DNA of 64,000 bases from Clostridia bacterium (lineage in GTDB: Bacteria; Bacillota; Clostridia; UBA1381). Position numbers and translations under genes: made by a program. Positions 21,099-30,144 of this stretch are shown piece by piece. The notes beneath the pieces were generated by a model. The model searched no databases. It saw only the letters and a list, made by a program, of their open reading frames with translations, and had not been told where the DNA came from. The stretch spans positions 6,754 through 70,753 of the forward strand of contig JAOAAV010000015.1 of the NCBI GenBank assembly GCA_026418715.1, read 5' to 3'. Position 1 is the stretch's first letter. Each line of letters opens with the position of its first letter.

Positions 21099-21772
21099 GG
21101 CTTTATCCTGCCAAGAGCATTTTTTGCAGCATTCTGCTCTGCTTCCTTCTTGCTTTGCCCAGTGCCGATGCTGACTGCTTCGCCGTCAATACAGACTTCC
21201 ACTTCAAAATACTTATTGTGATCGGGTCCAGTCTCTTTAATTGTGGTATATGTCACTTTGCCGATATTGCCACGCTGTACAGCTTCCTGAAGCATGGATT
21301 TGTAATCGTGATAAATTTCTCCTGAAAGCGCCTGTTTGAGTTTTTCATCCATTAAGCCTATGAGCCACTTCTCGGCTATATTGATACCTCCGTCAAGGTA
21401 AATGGCAGCAAGTATGGCCTCAAATGCATCGGACAAAACAGACGGACGGCCGCGTCCTCCGGTTTGTTCCTCGCCCTTGCCAAGCTTTATATATTCACCT
21501 ACGCCAATACCTTTTGCAAGTTCAGCCAAAGACTGCTCACATACCAGTGAGGCACGGATTTTTGTAAGATCACCTTCATTAGTGTCTGACAAATTTTTGT
21601 ATAAATAATTGCTGACAATCAGACTAAGTACGGAATCACCCAAAAACTCCAGCCGTTCATTGCTTTCCTTTTTCTTTTCATTAGCGTATGAGCTATGAGT
21701 TATTGCTGTTTCAAGGATTGCCCTGTTATGAAATCTGTAGCCTATTTTTTCTTCAAAGTTTTTCATTGCCAT
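21095..21772 (-). CDS. rnc: Ribonuclease III
   Basis: RNase III signature ERLEFLGDSVL plus a C-terminal dsRBD (KTRLQE-type: YKSMLQEAVQ...GQSKKEAEQNAAKNAL). Confidence 0.95.
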   Translation of the reverse strand: MAMKNFEEKIGYRFHNRAILETAITHSSYANEKKKESNERLEFLGDSVLSLIVSNYLYKNLSDTNEGDLTKIRASLVCEQSLAELAKGIGVGEYIKLGKGEEQTGGRGRPSVLSDAFEAILAAIYLDGGINIAEKWLIGLMDEKLKQALSGEIYHDYKSMLQEAVQRGNIGKVTYTTIKETGPDHNKYFEVEVCIDGEAVSIGTGQSKKEAEQNAAKNALGRIKP

Positions 21773-21790
21773 TCTCCTTTGTTACAGGCT

Positions 21791-21845
21791 TTGTATTGTC
21801 GGGACAGCCGAAAGATGCCGTCTTACGGCTGTCCCGACAATACAA
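21791..21845 (-). promoter_or_regulatory. Perfect 20-bp stem / 15-nt loop hairpin in the rnc 5' leader (candidate RNase III autoregulatory site)
   Basis: 21791-21810 TTGTATTGTCGGGACAGCCG is the exact reverse complement of 21826-21845. No U-tract follows on either strand. It ends 18 nt upstream of the rnc start region. Confidence 0.5.
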
Positions 21846-21998
21846 GATTAGAGTATCCCCATGGGAGATACTCTATATTTTGGAAACACTTAACACCATC
21901 AAAAAATAAGTTTAAAAGAGTTTACAGCCATCCTGTTTTTTGTTTATAAATGCAAAAATGCAAATTTATTTTTGACATTAAAATGACCTAGAATTTCA

Positions 21999-23237
21999 TT
22001 AATCCTCGTATTTTTTGAATATAATTGTGGCATTGTGTCCACCGAACCCAAGCGAATTTGACATAGCATAATTAACATTTGCACTTCTTCCTTTGTTCGG
22101 GACAATATCCAAATCACATTCCGGATCTGGATTTTGATAGTTTATCGTGGCTGGAATAAAACCTTCCTTTATTGCCATTGCGCACACGATTGCCTCCACG
22201 CCTCCGGCAGCGCCCAGGAGATGCCCCGTCATGGACTTTGTGGAGCTTACCGAAAGCTTATACGCCGCATCTTTGAACACGGATTTGATTGCCATAGTTT
22301 CAAATTTATCGTTATAATCGGTGGATGTTCCGTGAGCATTAATGTAATCAATATCCTCTGGCCCAATGCCTGCATCCAGGAGAGCAAATTCCATAGCCCT
22401 TGCTCCGCCTTCACCGCCTGGTATAGGACTTGTGATATGATAAGCATCGTCTGTTGCTCCATAACCGACCATTTCGCAGATAATTTCTGCACCCCTCTTT
22501 TTCGCATGCTCCAATTCTTCAAGCACCATGAAGCCTGCGCCTTCGCTCATGACAAATCCGTCACGCTCCGCATCAAATGGTCTGCTGGCAGTTTTGGGAT
22601 TATCATTGTTTGTACTCATTGCTTTCATACTGCAAAAACCCGCAAAAGAAAGGGGAGTGATGGGAGCTTCCGCACCACCTGCGATGATTACATCACTTGT
22701 GCCATATTTAATATGTCTGAATGCTTCACCGATAGCATTTGTTCCGGAAGCACACGCAGATACCACATTTTGATTGATGCCCTGCGCGCCGAGCTTAATG
22801 GCGATATGGGCGGCTCCGATATTTGAAATCATCATCGGAATGAAAAACGGACTTACTCTGCCCACGCCTTTTTCAAGGAGAACAGAATGCTGTTCCTCAA
22901 GAGTTTCAATTCCACCAACGCCGGAACCCGTTATGACACCGACCCTCCAGCTGTCTTCTTTTTTCATGTCAATGCCTGCGTCCCTGAAAGCTTCTTCAGC
23001 CGCAATCAAGCCGTATTGTGTATATCGATCCATTTTGCGTGCTTCTTTTTTATCTATGAACGCTGTTACGTCAAAATCCTTTAATTCTCCGGCAATTTGA
23101 GTTTTCAGTTCAGATGCGTCAAAGCGTGTTATTTTGTCAATTCCGCAAACACCGTCTTTAATTGATTGCCAAAATTTATCTTTATTGTTGCCTATGGGCG
23201 TAAGCGCCCCCATCCCCGTAACTACAACTCGTTTCAT
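21999..23237 (-). CDS. fabF: Beta-ketoacyl-ACP synthase II
   Basis: 412 aa. It has the active-site Cys context [12 protein letters not shown], the His motifs HGTST and GHLLGAAG, and a C-terminal [11 protein letters not shown] block. Confidence 0.95.
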   Translation of the reverse strand: MKRVVVTGMGALTPIGNNKDKFWQSIKDGVCGIDKITRFDASELKTQIAGELKDFDVTAFIDKKEARKMDRYTQYGLIAAEEAFRDAGIDMKKEDSWRVGVITGSGVGGIETLEEQHSVLLEKGVGRVSPFFIPMMISNIGAAHIAIKLGAQGINQNVVSACASGTNAIGEAFRHIKYGTSDVIIAGGAEAPITPLSFAGFCSMKAMSTNNDNPKTASRPFDAERDGFVMSEGAGFMVLEELEHAKKRGAEIICEMVGYGATDDAYHITSPIPGGEGGARAMEFALLDAGIGPEDIDYINAHGTSTDYNDKFETMAIKSVFKDAAYKLSVSSTKSMTGHLLGAAGGVEAIVCAMAIKEGFIPATINYQNPDPECDLDIVPNKGRSANVNYAMSNSLGFGGHNATIIFKKYED

Positions 23238-23360
23238 AATTCCCTCCTGCTTATATGGGTATTAAAATAAAAGACTTTCACTCAATATTTATAGTACTTT
23301 CCTAAATCAATCTATATAAATGCTCCAAAAGCAAAAAACTATCATCATTTAAGCTAAACT

Positions 23361-23409
23361 CCCGCACACACTTTTGATGAGTGCGGGATCCGACTCATCT
23401 TTCATACTG
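23361..23409 (-). promoter_or_regulatory. Two mutually exclusive hairpins between acpP and fabF
   Basis: H1 is CCCGCAC (23361-67) paired with GTGCGGG (23391-97). H2 is GATGAGT (23386-92) paired with ACTCATC (23403-09), extendable by CGG/CCG. The two share 23391-23397. Confidence 0.35.
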
Positions 23410-23435
23410 CTTGTTTCAGTACACATTAGCTTATA

Positions 23436-23663
23436 TTATACGTGATCCTTGATATAAGAAACCGCATCACCTACTGTAGAAATCTTCTCTGCATCTTCAT
23501 CGGGAATTTCCAAATCAAATTCCTCTTCTAAAGCCATAATCAATTCTACAAGATCCAAAGAATCAGCTCCCAAATCATCTACAAAAGAAGCATCCATTGT
23601 CACTGAATCTTCATCAACACCAAGCTGTTCAACAACTATTTCTCTTACCTTTTCAAATTCCAT
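23436..23663 (-). CDS. acpP: Acyl carrier protein
   Basis: 75 aa containing [19 protein letters not shown] (phosphopantetheine-attachment Ser in DSL). Confidence 0.95.
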   Translation of the reverse strand: MEFEKVREIVVEQLGVDEDSVTMDASFVDDLGADSLDLVELIMALEEEFDLEIPDEDAEKISTVGDAVSYIKDHV

Positions 23664-23750
23664 ATTGTCACCTCCCTTCGGTGCTGTCGGGTTTTAAATA
23701 CAAACTTTCTAAAGTGTTTTATTTAAGATGTACAATCTCATGTCATTATA

Positions 23751-24488
23751 TTACATTACCAGTCCGCCGTCAACATTTATTACCTGACCCGTTATGTATT
23801 TTGACATATCTGATGCCAAAAACGCAACTACATCTGCAATATCTTCGGTTGTGCCGAACTTTGACATAGGAATGGCCGAAAGATAGCTTTTCTTTATCTC
23901 GTCTGGAAGTTTATCGGTCATATCCGAATCAATGAACCCTGGAGCGACTGCATTGCATCTGATATTTCTTGAAGCAAGTTCCTTTGCCGCTGATTTTGTA
24001 AGTCCGATAAGCCCTGCCTTTGAAGAGGCATAATTTGCCTGACCTGCATTTCCCATCAAACCTACCACGGACGTAATATTTATAATTACTCCTCCTTTTT
24101 GTTTCATCATGGGACGTGTCGCCGCTTTAATGCAGTTAAAAGCTCCTTTTAAATTTATATTTATCACAGCATCCCAGTCATCTTCAGACATACGCATAAT
24201 GAGTCCATCACGTGTAATTCCCGCATTGTTTACAAGAATATCAATTTTGCCGAACTGGTCAACGGCACCTTTAATCAATGCTTCCACATCATTATAATTG
24301 CTCACATCGCCTTTTATTACAATACAGCTACCTCCGAAAGCCTTAATTTCCTCACAGGTTTTGTCTGCACTGTCCGAAACGCCGTTAACTACAACATTTG
24401 CGCCAAGCTTTGCAAGCTTTATGGCAACGGCTTTACCAATTCCTCTGCCGGAGCCTGTTACAACCGCTGTTTTCCCATTTAGTGTCAT
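23751..24488 (-). CDS. fabG: 3-oxoacyl-ACP reductase
   Basis: 245 aa SDR with TGSGRGIG, NNAG and YASSKAG; typical FabG. Confidence 0.95.
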   Translation of the reverse strand: MTLNGKTAVVTGSGRGIGKAVAIKLAKLGANVVVNGVSDSADKTCEEIKAFGGSCIVIKGDVSNYNDVEALIKGAVDQFGKIDILVNNAGITRDGLIMRMSEDDWDAVININLKGAFNCIKAATRPMMKQKGGVIINITSVVGLMGNAGQANYASSKAGLIGLTKSAAKELASRNIRCNAVAPGFIDSDMTDKLPDEIKKSYLSAIPMSKFGTTEDIADVVAFLASDMSKYITGQVINVDGGLVM

Positions 24489-25423
24489 TATGCACCCAAC
24501 CCTTCCAAGGTTTTATTCAAAGATGCCATATCTTCCACGTTATATACTGCCACATCTTTGTCAATTTTCTTTATGAAACCGCCAAGTGTTTTACCCGGAC
24601 CTATTTCTATGAACGTATCGACTCCATCGGCAAGCATTTTTCTTACGCTTTCTTCCCATAAAACCGAGGAGCTGACCTGTTTTATCAAAAGCGGTTTGAT
24701 ATCGCTTTTGTCCGCAATATAATCTGCCGTAACGTTTGTAATCACCGGAATTTTCATGTCAAATACTTCTACTTTCTCAAGCTCGGCAGCAAGTTTTTCG
24801 CCTGCACCCATGAGCATGGAACAATGAAATGGAGCCGATACAGGAAGCAGCATAGCACGTTTTGCCCCCATCTCCTTTGCTATTTCACAACATTTCTCTA
24901 CCGCAGCCACTTCTCCGGATACCACTATTTGCCCAGGGCAATTGAAATTCGCAGGTTCACACACACCAAGGGCAGATGCCGCTTTGCAGCATTCCTTGAC
25001 CTGTTCGGGCGAAAGCGCTAAGATAGCCGCCATAGCACCTTTGCCAATCGGCACTTCCTCCTGCATATATTTGCCCCTTTTTCTTACAAGCTTGACTGCA
25101 TCGGTAAAGTTAAGCGAGCCCGACGCAATATGAGCGCTGTACTCTCCAAGACTTAAACCTGCCGCAACATCCGCTTTTATCCCTTTTTCCTCCAAAACTC
25201 TTAACGCCGCAATACTCATAGTTACTATGGCTGGCTGAGTATTTTCGGTAATCATAAGAGTTTCGCTGTTACCATTCCAAATCATTTGCTTAATATCAAA
25301 ACCGAGAGCTTGTGAGGCTTCGTTGAAAATTCTGTTCGCAGCCTCAAAATTTTCAGCAAGTTCCTTTCCCATGCCAACCGTTTGAGCGCCTTGCCCCGCA
25401 AATACAAATGCTATCTTTGACAT
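24488..25423 (-). CDS. fabD: Malonyl CoA-ACP transacylase
   Basis: 311 aa with FAGQGAQ and the active-site GLSLGEYSA. Confidence 0.95.
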   Translation of the reverse strand: MSKIAFVFAGQGAQTVGMGKELAENFEAANRIFNEASQALGFDIKQMIWNGNSETLMITENTQPAIVTMSIAALRVLEEKGIKADVAAGLSLGEYSAHIASGSLNFTDAVKLVRKRGKYMQEEVPIGKGAMAAILALSPEQVKECCKAASALGVCEPANFNCPGQIVVSGEVAAVEKCCEIAKEMGAKRAMLLPVSAPFHCSMLMGAGEKLAAELEKVEVFDMKIPVITNVTADYIADKSDIKPLLIKQVSSSVLWEESVRKMLADGVDTFIEIGPGKTLGGFIKKIDKDVAVYNVEDMASLNKTLEGLGA

Positions 25424-25452
25424 TCATGCACTTCCTTTCCGTAAAGAATATT

Positions 25453-26394
25453 TTAAAATAGTTTTTTATTCATATTATCGACTACATCATCAACACCATT
25501 AAACAATTCTCTTATAATTTCGGCGCAGGGCTGGATTTTGTTAACCATAGCCGCAGACTGTCCCGCCATCAACGAACCGAATTCAACATCTCCTTCAATT
25601 GTAGCCCTTCTAAGCCCTCCAACGCCTAAATTTTCAATTTCCTCAAAGGATGCACCTGCTTTTTCCAATCTTTCATATTCCTTTGTGAGCTTATTTTTCA
25701 AGGCTCTTACAGGCGCGCCTGTTGAACGGCCTGTTACAACGGCATCTCGGTCTCCCGCGTCAATAATTGCCTGCTTGTAATTGTCGTGGGCTATACACTC
25801 TGTAGAGCATATAAAGCGTGTTCCGACCTGCACACCGTCCGCACCCAGTGCAAATGAAGCGACAACCCCTCTTGAATCGGCAATTCCCCCTGCGGCGACA
25901 ACGGGAATGGACACGGCATCAACCACCTGCGGAACAAGAACCATTGTCGTAAGCTCTCCGATATGTCCGCCCGCCTCAGTCCCTTCGGCAATTACCGCGT
26001 CAGCGCCGCATTTTTCCATTTTTTTTGCAATTGCCACACTGGGTATAACTGGAAAAACCTTAATTCCGGCATCCTTCAGTGCAGGGATATATTTTGCGAA
26101 ATTGCCCGCGCCCTTTGCAACTACATCTACCTTTTCTTCAAGAACTACCTTCATTACGTCCTGTGCAAACGGAGACATAAGCATAACATTTACCCCAAAC
26201 GGTTTATCTGTCAAGGTTCTTGCCTTTGCAATCTGTTCTCTAACCCATTCAGCAGGCGCCCCGCCTGCTGCAATCAAGCCGAGTCCCCCGCCGTTTGATA
26301 CTGCCGCCGCAAGTTCTGCTGTTGCCACCCAAGCCATGCCACCTTGGATAATCGGATATTCAATGCTTAGCAATTCGCATATTTTTGTTTTCAT
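25453..26394 (-). CDS. fabK: Enoyl-ACP reductase II (FMN-dependent, FabK type)
   Basis: Nitronate-monooxygenase fold (YPIIQGGMAWV, AGGIADSRG) in a fab operon context. The start is taken at MKTKICELL behind GAAAGGAAA; the ORF extends to 26424. Confidence 0.9.
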   Translation of the reverse strand: MKTKICELLSIEYPIIQGGMAWVATAELAAAVSNGGGLGLIAAGGAPAEWVREQIAKARTLTDKPFGVNVMLMSPFAQDVMKVVLEEKVDVVAKGAGNFAKYIPALKDAGIKVFPVIPSVAIAKKMEKCGADAVIAEGTEAGGHIGELTTMVLVPQVVDAVSIPVVAAGGIADSRGVVASFALGADGVQVGTRFICSTECIAHDNYKQAIIDAGDRDAVVTGRSTGAPVRALKNKLTKEYERLEKAGASFEEIENLGVGGLRRATIEGDVEFGSLMAGQSAAMVNKIQPCAEIIRELFNGVDDVVDNMNKKLF

Positions 26395-26413
26395 ATTTGA
26401 TTTTCCTTTCCGT

Positions 26414-27391
26414 CTACCATTCAATCAGTGCCGCACCCCAGGTGAGTCCGGCACCAAACCCTACGATAACTATTTTATCTCCTTTTTGAAATTTGCCATC
26501 TTCTACTGCCTCGCACAAAGCAACGGGAATAGACGCCGCAGACGTATTTCCGTATTTTTGAAGATTTACAAATACTCTGTCGCTGTCTATATCCAATCTT
26601 TTTGCGGCTCCTTCAATAATACGAAGATTTGCTTGATGGGGAACCACAAGTTTAATGTCCGACATTGAAAGCCCTGCTTTTTCAACGACATTCTCTGTTG
26701 CTTCAGCCATAATTCTCACAGCAAATTTCATAACTTCGCTTCCTGCCATCCAAAAAGTATTTTTATTGCCTGAAATTCTTTTTTCCAGTTCGGCAGGGTC
26801 ATCTTTAAAAGCAAGATTTGTGATCTTATCGAAATCTGCACCTCTTGCTCCGATCCACGACGATAAAATACCGCCTTCATCTGTTGCTTTCACGATTGCG
26901 GCACCAGCAGCATCTCCAAACAGAATACAGGTTGCTCTGTCCTTATAGTCCGTCCCTTTGCTAAGAGCATCTGCGCCTATGACCAAAACTGTTTTATAGG
27001 TTCCCGTCGCAATGAATTTTTCGGCTGTGACAAGCGCTGTCACAAAGCCTGAACATGCAGCATTCATGTCAAATGCGGCAGCATTTTCGGCGCCGATGTT
27101 TTTTTGAACAAGGCAAGCAACTGATGGAGAAAAATAGTCCGGTGTTACTGTTGCAACAATAATCAGTTCTATTTCGCTAGGGTCAATTCCCGCATCTTTG
27201 ATTGCACGCTTTGCAGCCTCGGTCGCCAAATCACTTGTGTACTCATTCTCGGCGGCAATGTGTCTTTCGGCGATTCCCGTCCTTTGCATAATCCACTCAT
27301 TGTTTGTTTCGACAATGCTCTCCATATAAGCATTATCATAAATCTTTTCAGGGGCATATGCGCCCATGCCCGCTATACCGGCTCTAATCAT
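26414..27391 (-). CDS. fabH: Beta-ketoacyl-ACP synthase III
   Basis: 325 aa with the active-site context NAACSGF, HQANLRI and GNTSAASIP. Confidence 0.95.
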   Translation of the reverse strand: MIRAGIAGMGAYAPEKIYDNAYMESIVETNNEWIMQRTGIAERHIAAENEYTSDLATEAAKRAIKDAGIDPSEIELIIVATVTPDYFSPSVACLVQKNIGAENAAAFDMNAACSGFVTALVTAEKFIATGTYKTVLVIGADALSKGTDYKDRATCILFGDAAGAAIVKATDEGGILSSWIGARGADFDKITNLAFKDDPAELEKRISGNKNTFWMAGSEVMKFAVRIMAEATENVVEKAGLSMSDIKLVVPHQANLRIIEGAAKRLDIDSDRVFVNLQKYGNTSAASIPVALCEAVEDGKFQKGDKIVIVGFGAGLTWGAALIEW

Positions 27392-28385
27392 TGATATTTC
27401 CCTCCAATATGCTGTTTTTTATGTCTTCTATCACGTTTGTTTCCACAAATTTCTTCGCCTGAATCAATGCCGAATAAACCGCTTTGACATTTGACGAACC
27501 GTGTCCTTTTATAATCGGTTTCTTTGTTCCTAAAAGAGGTGCTCCGCCGTATTCGCTGTAATCAAGCATTTTTTTAAAGTCTGAAACCCCTTTTCTTACC
27601 AGCAGAGCTCCTATTTTGGTAATGACGTTTTTGAGAAATATTTGTTTGAGAAGCGATGCCACAACTATGCCCATTCCCTCAATGGTTTTTAATATTACAT
27701 TGCCGACGAAACCGTCGCATACAATAACGTCTGTTTCTCCTGCCATGATGTCTCTGCCTTCAATGTTGCCCACAAAATTGAAATCTGCTTTTTTCATAAG
27801 AGGATACGCCTCTTTGGTAAGATCATTTCCTTTTCCTTCTTCTTCGCCGTTGCTGACAAGACCAACCTTGGGCCGTTTAATGCCTAATACGTTTTTCATA
27901 TAGATGTCGCCCATAATTCCAAACTGAACAAGGTTTTCAGGCTTGCAGGCGGTATTTGCTCCCGCATCCATAAGCATGGCGGGTCCCTTTTTCGTCGGGA
28001 TTAAAGTAGCGAGTGCCGGTCTTGAAATTCCTTTAATTCTGCCCACAATTAGAAGACCTGCCGCCAAAAGTGCGCCGGTACTGCCCATAGACAGCATGGC
28101 GTCGCCTTCTCCGTCCTTTAAAAGATTGGCGCACACAACTACAGAGGCTGTTTTTCTGCTTTTTACCGCCATTGCAGGTTCGTCATAATTCGTTATTACG
28201 TCATCCGAATGTACAATTGTAATTTTATCGGACGGATAAGCATACTTTAAAAGCTCTGATTTTAATCTGTTTTCATCTCCGACCAATACTATATCTATAT
28301 CTAATGTATTTGCGGCTTTTACGGCGGCCTCGACAGGCACCTCGGGAGCATGATCGCCGCCCATTGCATCCACAATTATTCTCAA
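27384..28385 (-). CDS. plsX: Phosphate acyltransferase PlsX
   Basis: VDAMGGDHAP N-terminal hallmark. The preferred start is the TTG giving MRIIVDAMGGD, 6 nt after GGGGGA; the ORF extends to a GTG at 28403. Confidence 0.95.
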   Translation of the reverse strand: MRIIVDAMGGDHAPEVPVEAAVKAANTLDIDIVLVGDENRLKSELLKYAYPSDKITIVHSDDVITNYDEPAMAVKSRKTASVVVCANLLKDGEGDAMLSMGSTGALLAAGLLIVGRIKGISRPALATLIPTKKGPAMLMDAGANTACKPENLVQFGIMGDIYMKNVLGIKRPKVGLVSNGEEEGKGNDLTKEAYPLMKKADFNFVGNIEGRDIMAGETDVIVCDGFVGNVILKTIEGMGIVVASLLKQIFLKNVITKIGALLVRKGVSDFKKMLDYSEYGGAPLLGTKKPIIKGHGSSNVKAVYSALIQAKKFVETNVIEDIKNSILEGNIND

Positions 28386-28456
28386 AATTTTTCCCCCGTT
28401 CACTATTTAATATTTTCAAACTCAAATCTTGGCAGAAGGATTTTTAATAAGGCATA

Positions 28457-29002
28457 TTATGCGTCGTCTGAAGTTTTCAGCATGAATTTGCCTCTGAAAA
28501 CTTCTGCCATATTAGCTTTTATTTTTACCCATACGATATATTCGTTATTTTTAATTCGTTTGACCTCTGATTTTGCCAAAAGCTTATCTCCAGACCTTAC
28601 TTCCCTTATATACTTTACATTGGCAACCTTCACAAGCGCCGCTTTGGCTTCTATCACGCTGATTGCAAGATTTTCCGCAAACGCAAAGATAGCCTGCCCC
28701 TTGACAATATTTGTTCCGTTGAATGTCATAGTATCATCTGTCTGCAAAATGGAGATCCCGTCATGAAGGGGATTGATGTCGAGCATTTCGGGCGAGCGTG
28801 TTTTGCCGTTATACTCATCCCTTGCAACTTTTTTTATCCGTTCGCGGTATTCTGATATGCCAAGCTCGGCTCTGTCGAAGCGAATGGTTGCAACGCTGAC
28901 TTTAAATGCCCTTGCAAGCTCCTCGTCTTTTAAAAAAGGATTTTGCTGGATTTTCTGCAATAAAAGAGCATGCCTCTGCTTTTTTGTGCTTGCTCTTTCC
29001 AT
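28457..29002 (-). CDS. fapR: Fatty acid/phospholipid synthesis regulator FapR
   Basis: 181 aa with an N-terminal HTH (RHALLLQKIQQNPFLKDEELARAFKVSVATIRFD) and a C-terminal hot-dog/thioesterase-like domain. It leads the plsX-fab operon, as in Bacillus. Confidence 0.9.
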   Translation of the reverse strand: MERASTKKQRHALLLQKIQQNPFLKDEELARAFKVSVATIRFDRAELGISEYRERIKKVARDEYNGKTRSPEMLDINPLHDGISILQTDDTMTFNGTNIVKGQAIFAFAENLAISVIEAKAALVKVANVKYIREVRSGDKLLAKSEVKRIKNNEYIVWVKIKANMAEVFRGKFMLKTSDDA

Positions 29003-29055
29003 TTCTTTTTCCTCCTTACATATTTCGTCATAATACCACTTTTTATGATTTACTA

Positions 29056-29072
29056 TTAGTACCTGATAATAA
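29056..29072. promoter_or_regulatory. FapR-box-like inverted repeat (downstream of the -10 of the fapR promoter)
   Basis: TTAGTACCTGATAATAA has a TTAGTA half-site and a degenerate TA(A)TAA partner, resembling the ~17-bp FapR operator described in Bacillus. Confidence 0.55.
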
Positions 29073-29081
29073 TTTATTGTT

Positions 29082-29110
29082 ATTATATACTAACAATTAG
29101 TAAAATGCAA
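29082..29110 (-). promoter_or_regulatory. Sigma-A type promoter of fapR, with a second FapR-like box inside the spacer
   Basis: On the - strand: TTGCAT (29110-29105), a 17-nt spacer, then TATAAT (29087-29082). The spacer contains TACTAAcaaTTAGTA (29088-29102), an inverted repeat with FapR-type half-sites. Confidence 0.65.
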
Positions 29111-29114
29111 GTGT

Positions 29115-29217
29115 TTTTTTATATTTGTATTCTGTCATAATACAGAAAAATTATTTATTAAAAAAGCATTGAAAACAGCGGATTTTCAATGCTTTTTTAA
29201 TACATCATTTTATTTTT
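29115..29217. repeat. Direct repeat copy 1 (~100 bp), containing a bidirectional terminator
   Basis: Near-identical to 30315-30416, with 2-3 mismatches across the 80-bp core 29121-29200. The register offset is exactly 1200 bp. It contains the small hairpin TTCTGT-cataat-ACAGAA and the terminator AGCATTGAAAA-cagcgga-TTTTCAATGCT (29165-29193), flanked by A- and T-runs. Confidence 0.9.
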
Positions 29218-29230
29218 TGCTTAAAACGCA

Positions 29231-29254
29231 CATATGACAAAAACTCGTCATATG
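29231..29254 (-). terminator. Hairpin downstream of the cassette gene
   Basis: CATATGAC-aaaaactc-GTCATATG. On the - strand it is followed by TGCGTTTTAAGC. Confidence 0.4.
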
Positions 29255-29309
29255 ATGTTAAACTTAAAACAAGTGCATAATTTATTTTACACTGCTGATT
29301 TTAATGAAG

Positions 29310-29987
29310 TTATTCATTTTTATTTTCAGCATCCTGTTTTAGATTTTCAATCTTTTCCCTAACTTCTTTCTTTATGTTTTCTTCGGTCAAACCGGATTTA
29401 AACAAATCATTTTGTTTATCCAACTTTGCTTTTTTCCCATCGAGCAAAATATACCCCTGATAAGGATTCACCAAGTTGTATGCATTTTGTATGTACTTAT
29501 CATCTTTTCTTTTTATTAAAAAGAAGATGCATCTATCTCCTTTTTTAAAATAATTTGTACTGTTGTCAATGTATTCAATGCCATTATCAATACCGCCGAG
29601 CAGTGCAATTTGTATTGTATCATTTACATTTGAAGAACCTTTGATTATTTCTTCTACTTTTACTCGTGAGATGGTGGAAGGTTCATAATCCTTTAATTCC
29701 TTTTTGAAAGACTCTTTACCTTCATAATCATCGCGTATTGAATATGATACTTCACTTTTCCCGTTTTTATTAACATCCACAACACTTCCTACAATAACCA
29801 AATCTGAAGAATCTATCAAATCATTAGAATCGGGACATGTGTACCAATCTGTATAAAAGACAACAGCGTTTTTATTTGGAAGCGTTTCAGTTTTTATATC
29901 TTTGTGTTGAGTTGAATACAATGCAATGCTAATACACAATATTATTGCAAAAAAGGATGCTGCAAAAATCAATTTTTTATGTTTCAT
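29310..29987 (-). CDS. Hypothetical exported/membrane-anchored protein (cassette gene)
   Basis: 225 aa with an N-terminal signal/anchor (MKHKKLIFAASFFAIILCISIALYS) and a Lys/Asp/Asn-rich body. It has a perfect RBS (AAAGGAGGA) and is visibly more AT-rich than its neighbours. I recognise no family. Confidence 0.6.
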   Translation of the reverse strand: MKHKKLIFAASFFAIILCISIALYSTQHKDIKTETLPNKNAVVFYTDWYTCPDSNDLIDSSDLVIVGSVVDVNKNGKSEVSYSIRDDYEGKESFKKELKDYEPSTISRVKVEEIIKGSSNVNDTIQIALLGGIDNGIEYIDNSTNYFKKGDRCIFFLIKRKDDKYIQNAYNLVNPYQGYILLDGKKAKLDKQNDLFKSGLTEENIKKEVREKIENLKQDAENKNE

Positions 29988-30041
29988 TTATATTATCCTC
30001 CTTTAATTTAAAAAATATAGATGGTCTGCCTTCATATTTCA

Positions 30042-30069
30042 CATATTACCATGTTTTTTTTGTTGTCAA
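30042..30069 (-). promoter_or_regulatory. Strong sigma-A type promoter of the cassette gene
   Basis: On the - strand: TTGACA (30069-30064), a 16-nt spacer, then TGgTAATAT (extended -10; TAATAT at 30047-30042). Confidence 0.6.
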
Positions 30070-30144
30070 TATATTTTAAATAATTAAAATATTTTACAAA
30101 ATACAACTAATAAGAAATATATGAACAGTTTATAAATAAAAAAT

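Noticed and set aside
23238-23300. FapR box upstream of fabF (TTATAGTACTTTCCTAAA).
   Set aside because: Only one GTAC-containing half-site is present and the dyad symmetry is poor. That is too weak to call.
25781-26668. 295-aa + strand ORF antisense to fabK/fabH. Similar long antisense ORFs occur at 44563-45189, 35367-35918, 15517-16053, 42685-43485, 22134-22826 and 51260-51694.
   Set aside because: Each lies entirely opposite a gene with unmistakable family motifs. Their translations are low-complexity (Ser/Pro/Ala/Ile-rich) and lack RBSs. They are typical shadow ORFs produced by codon bias.
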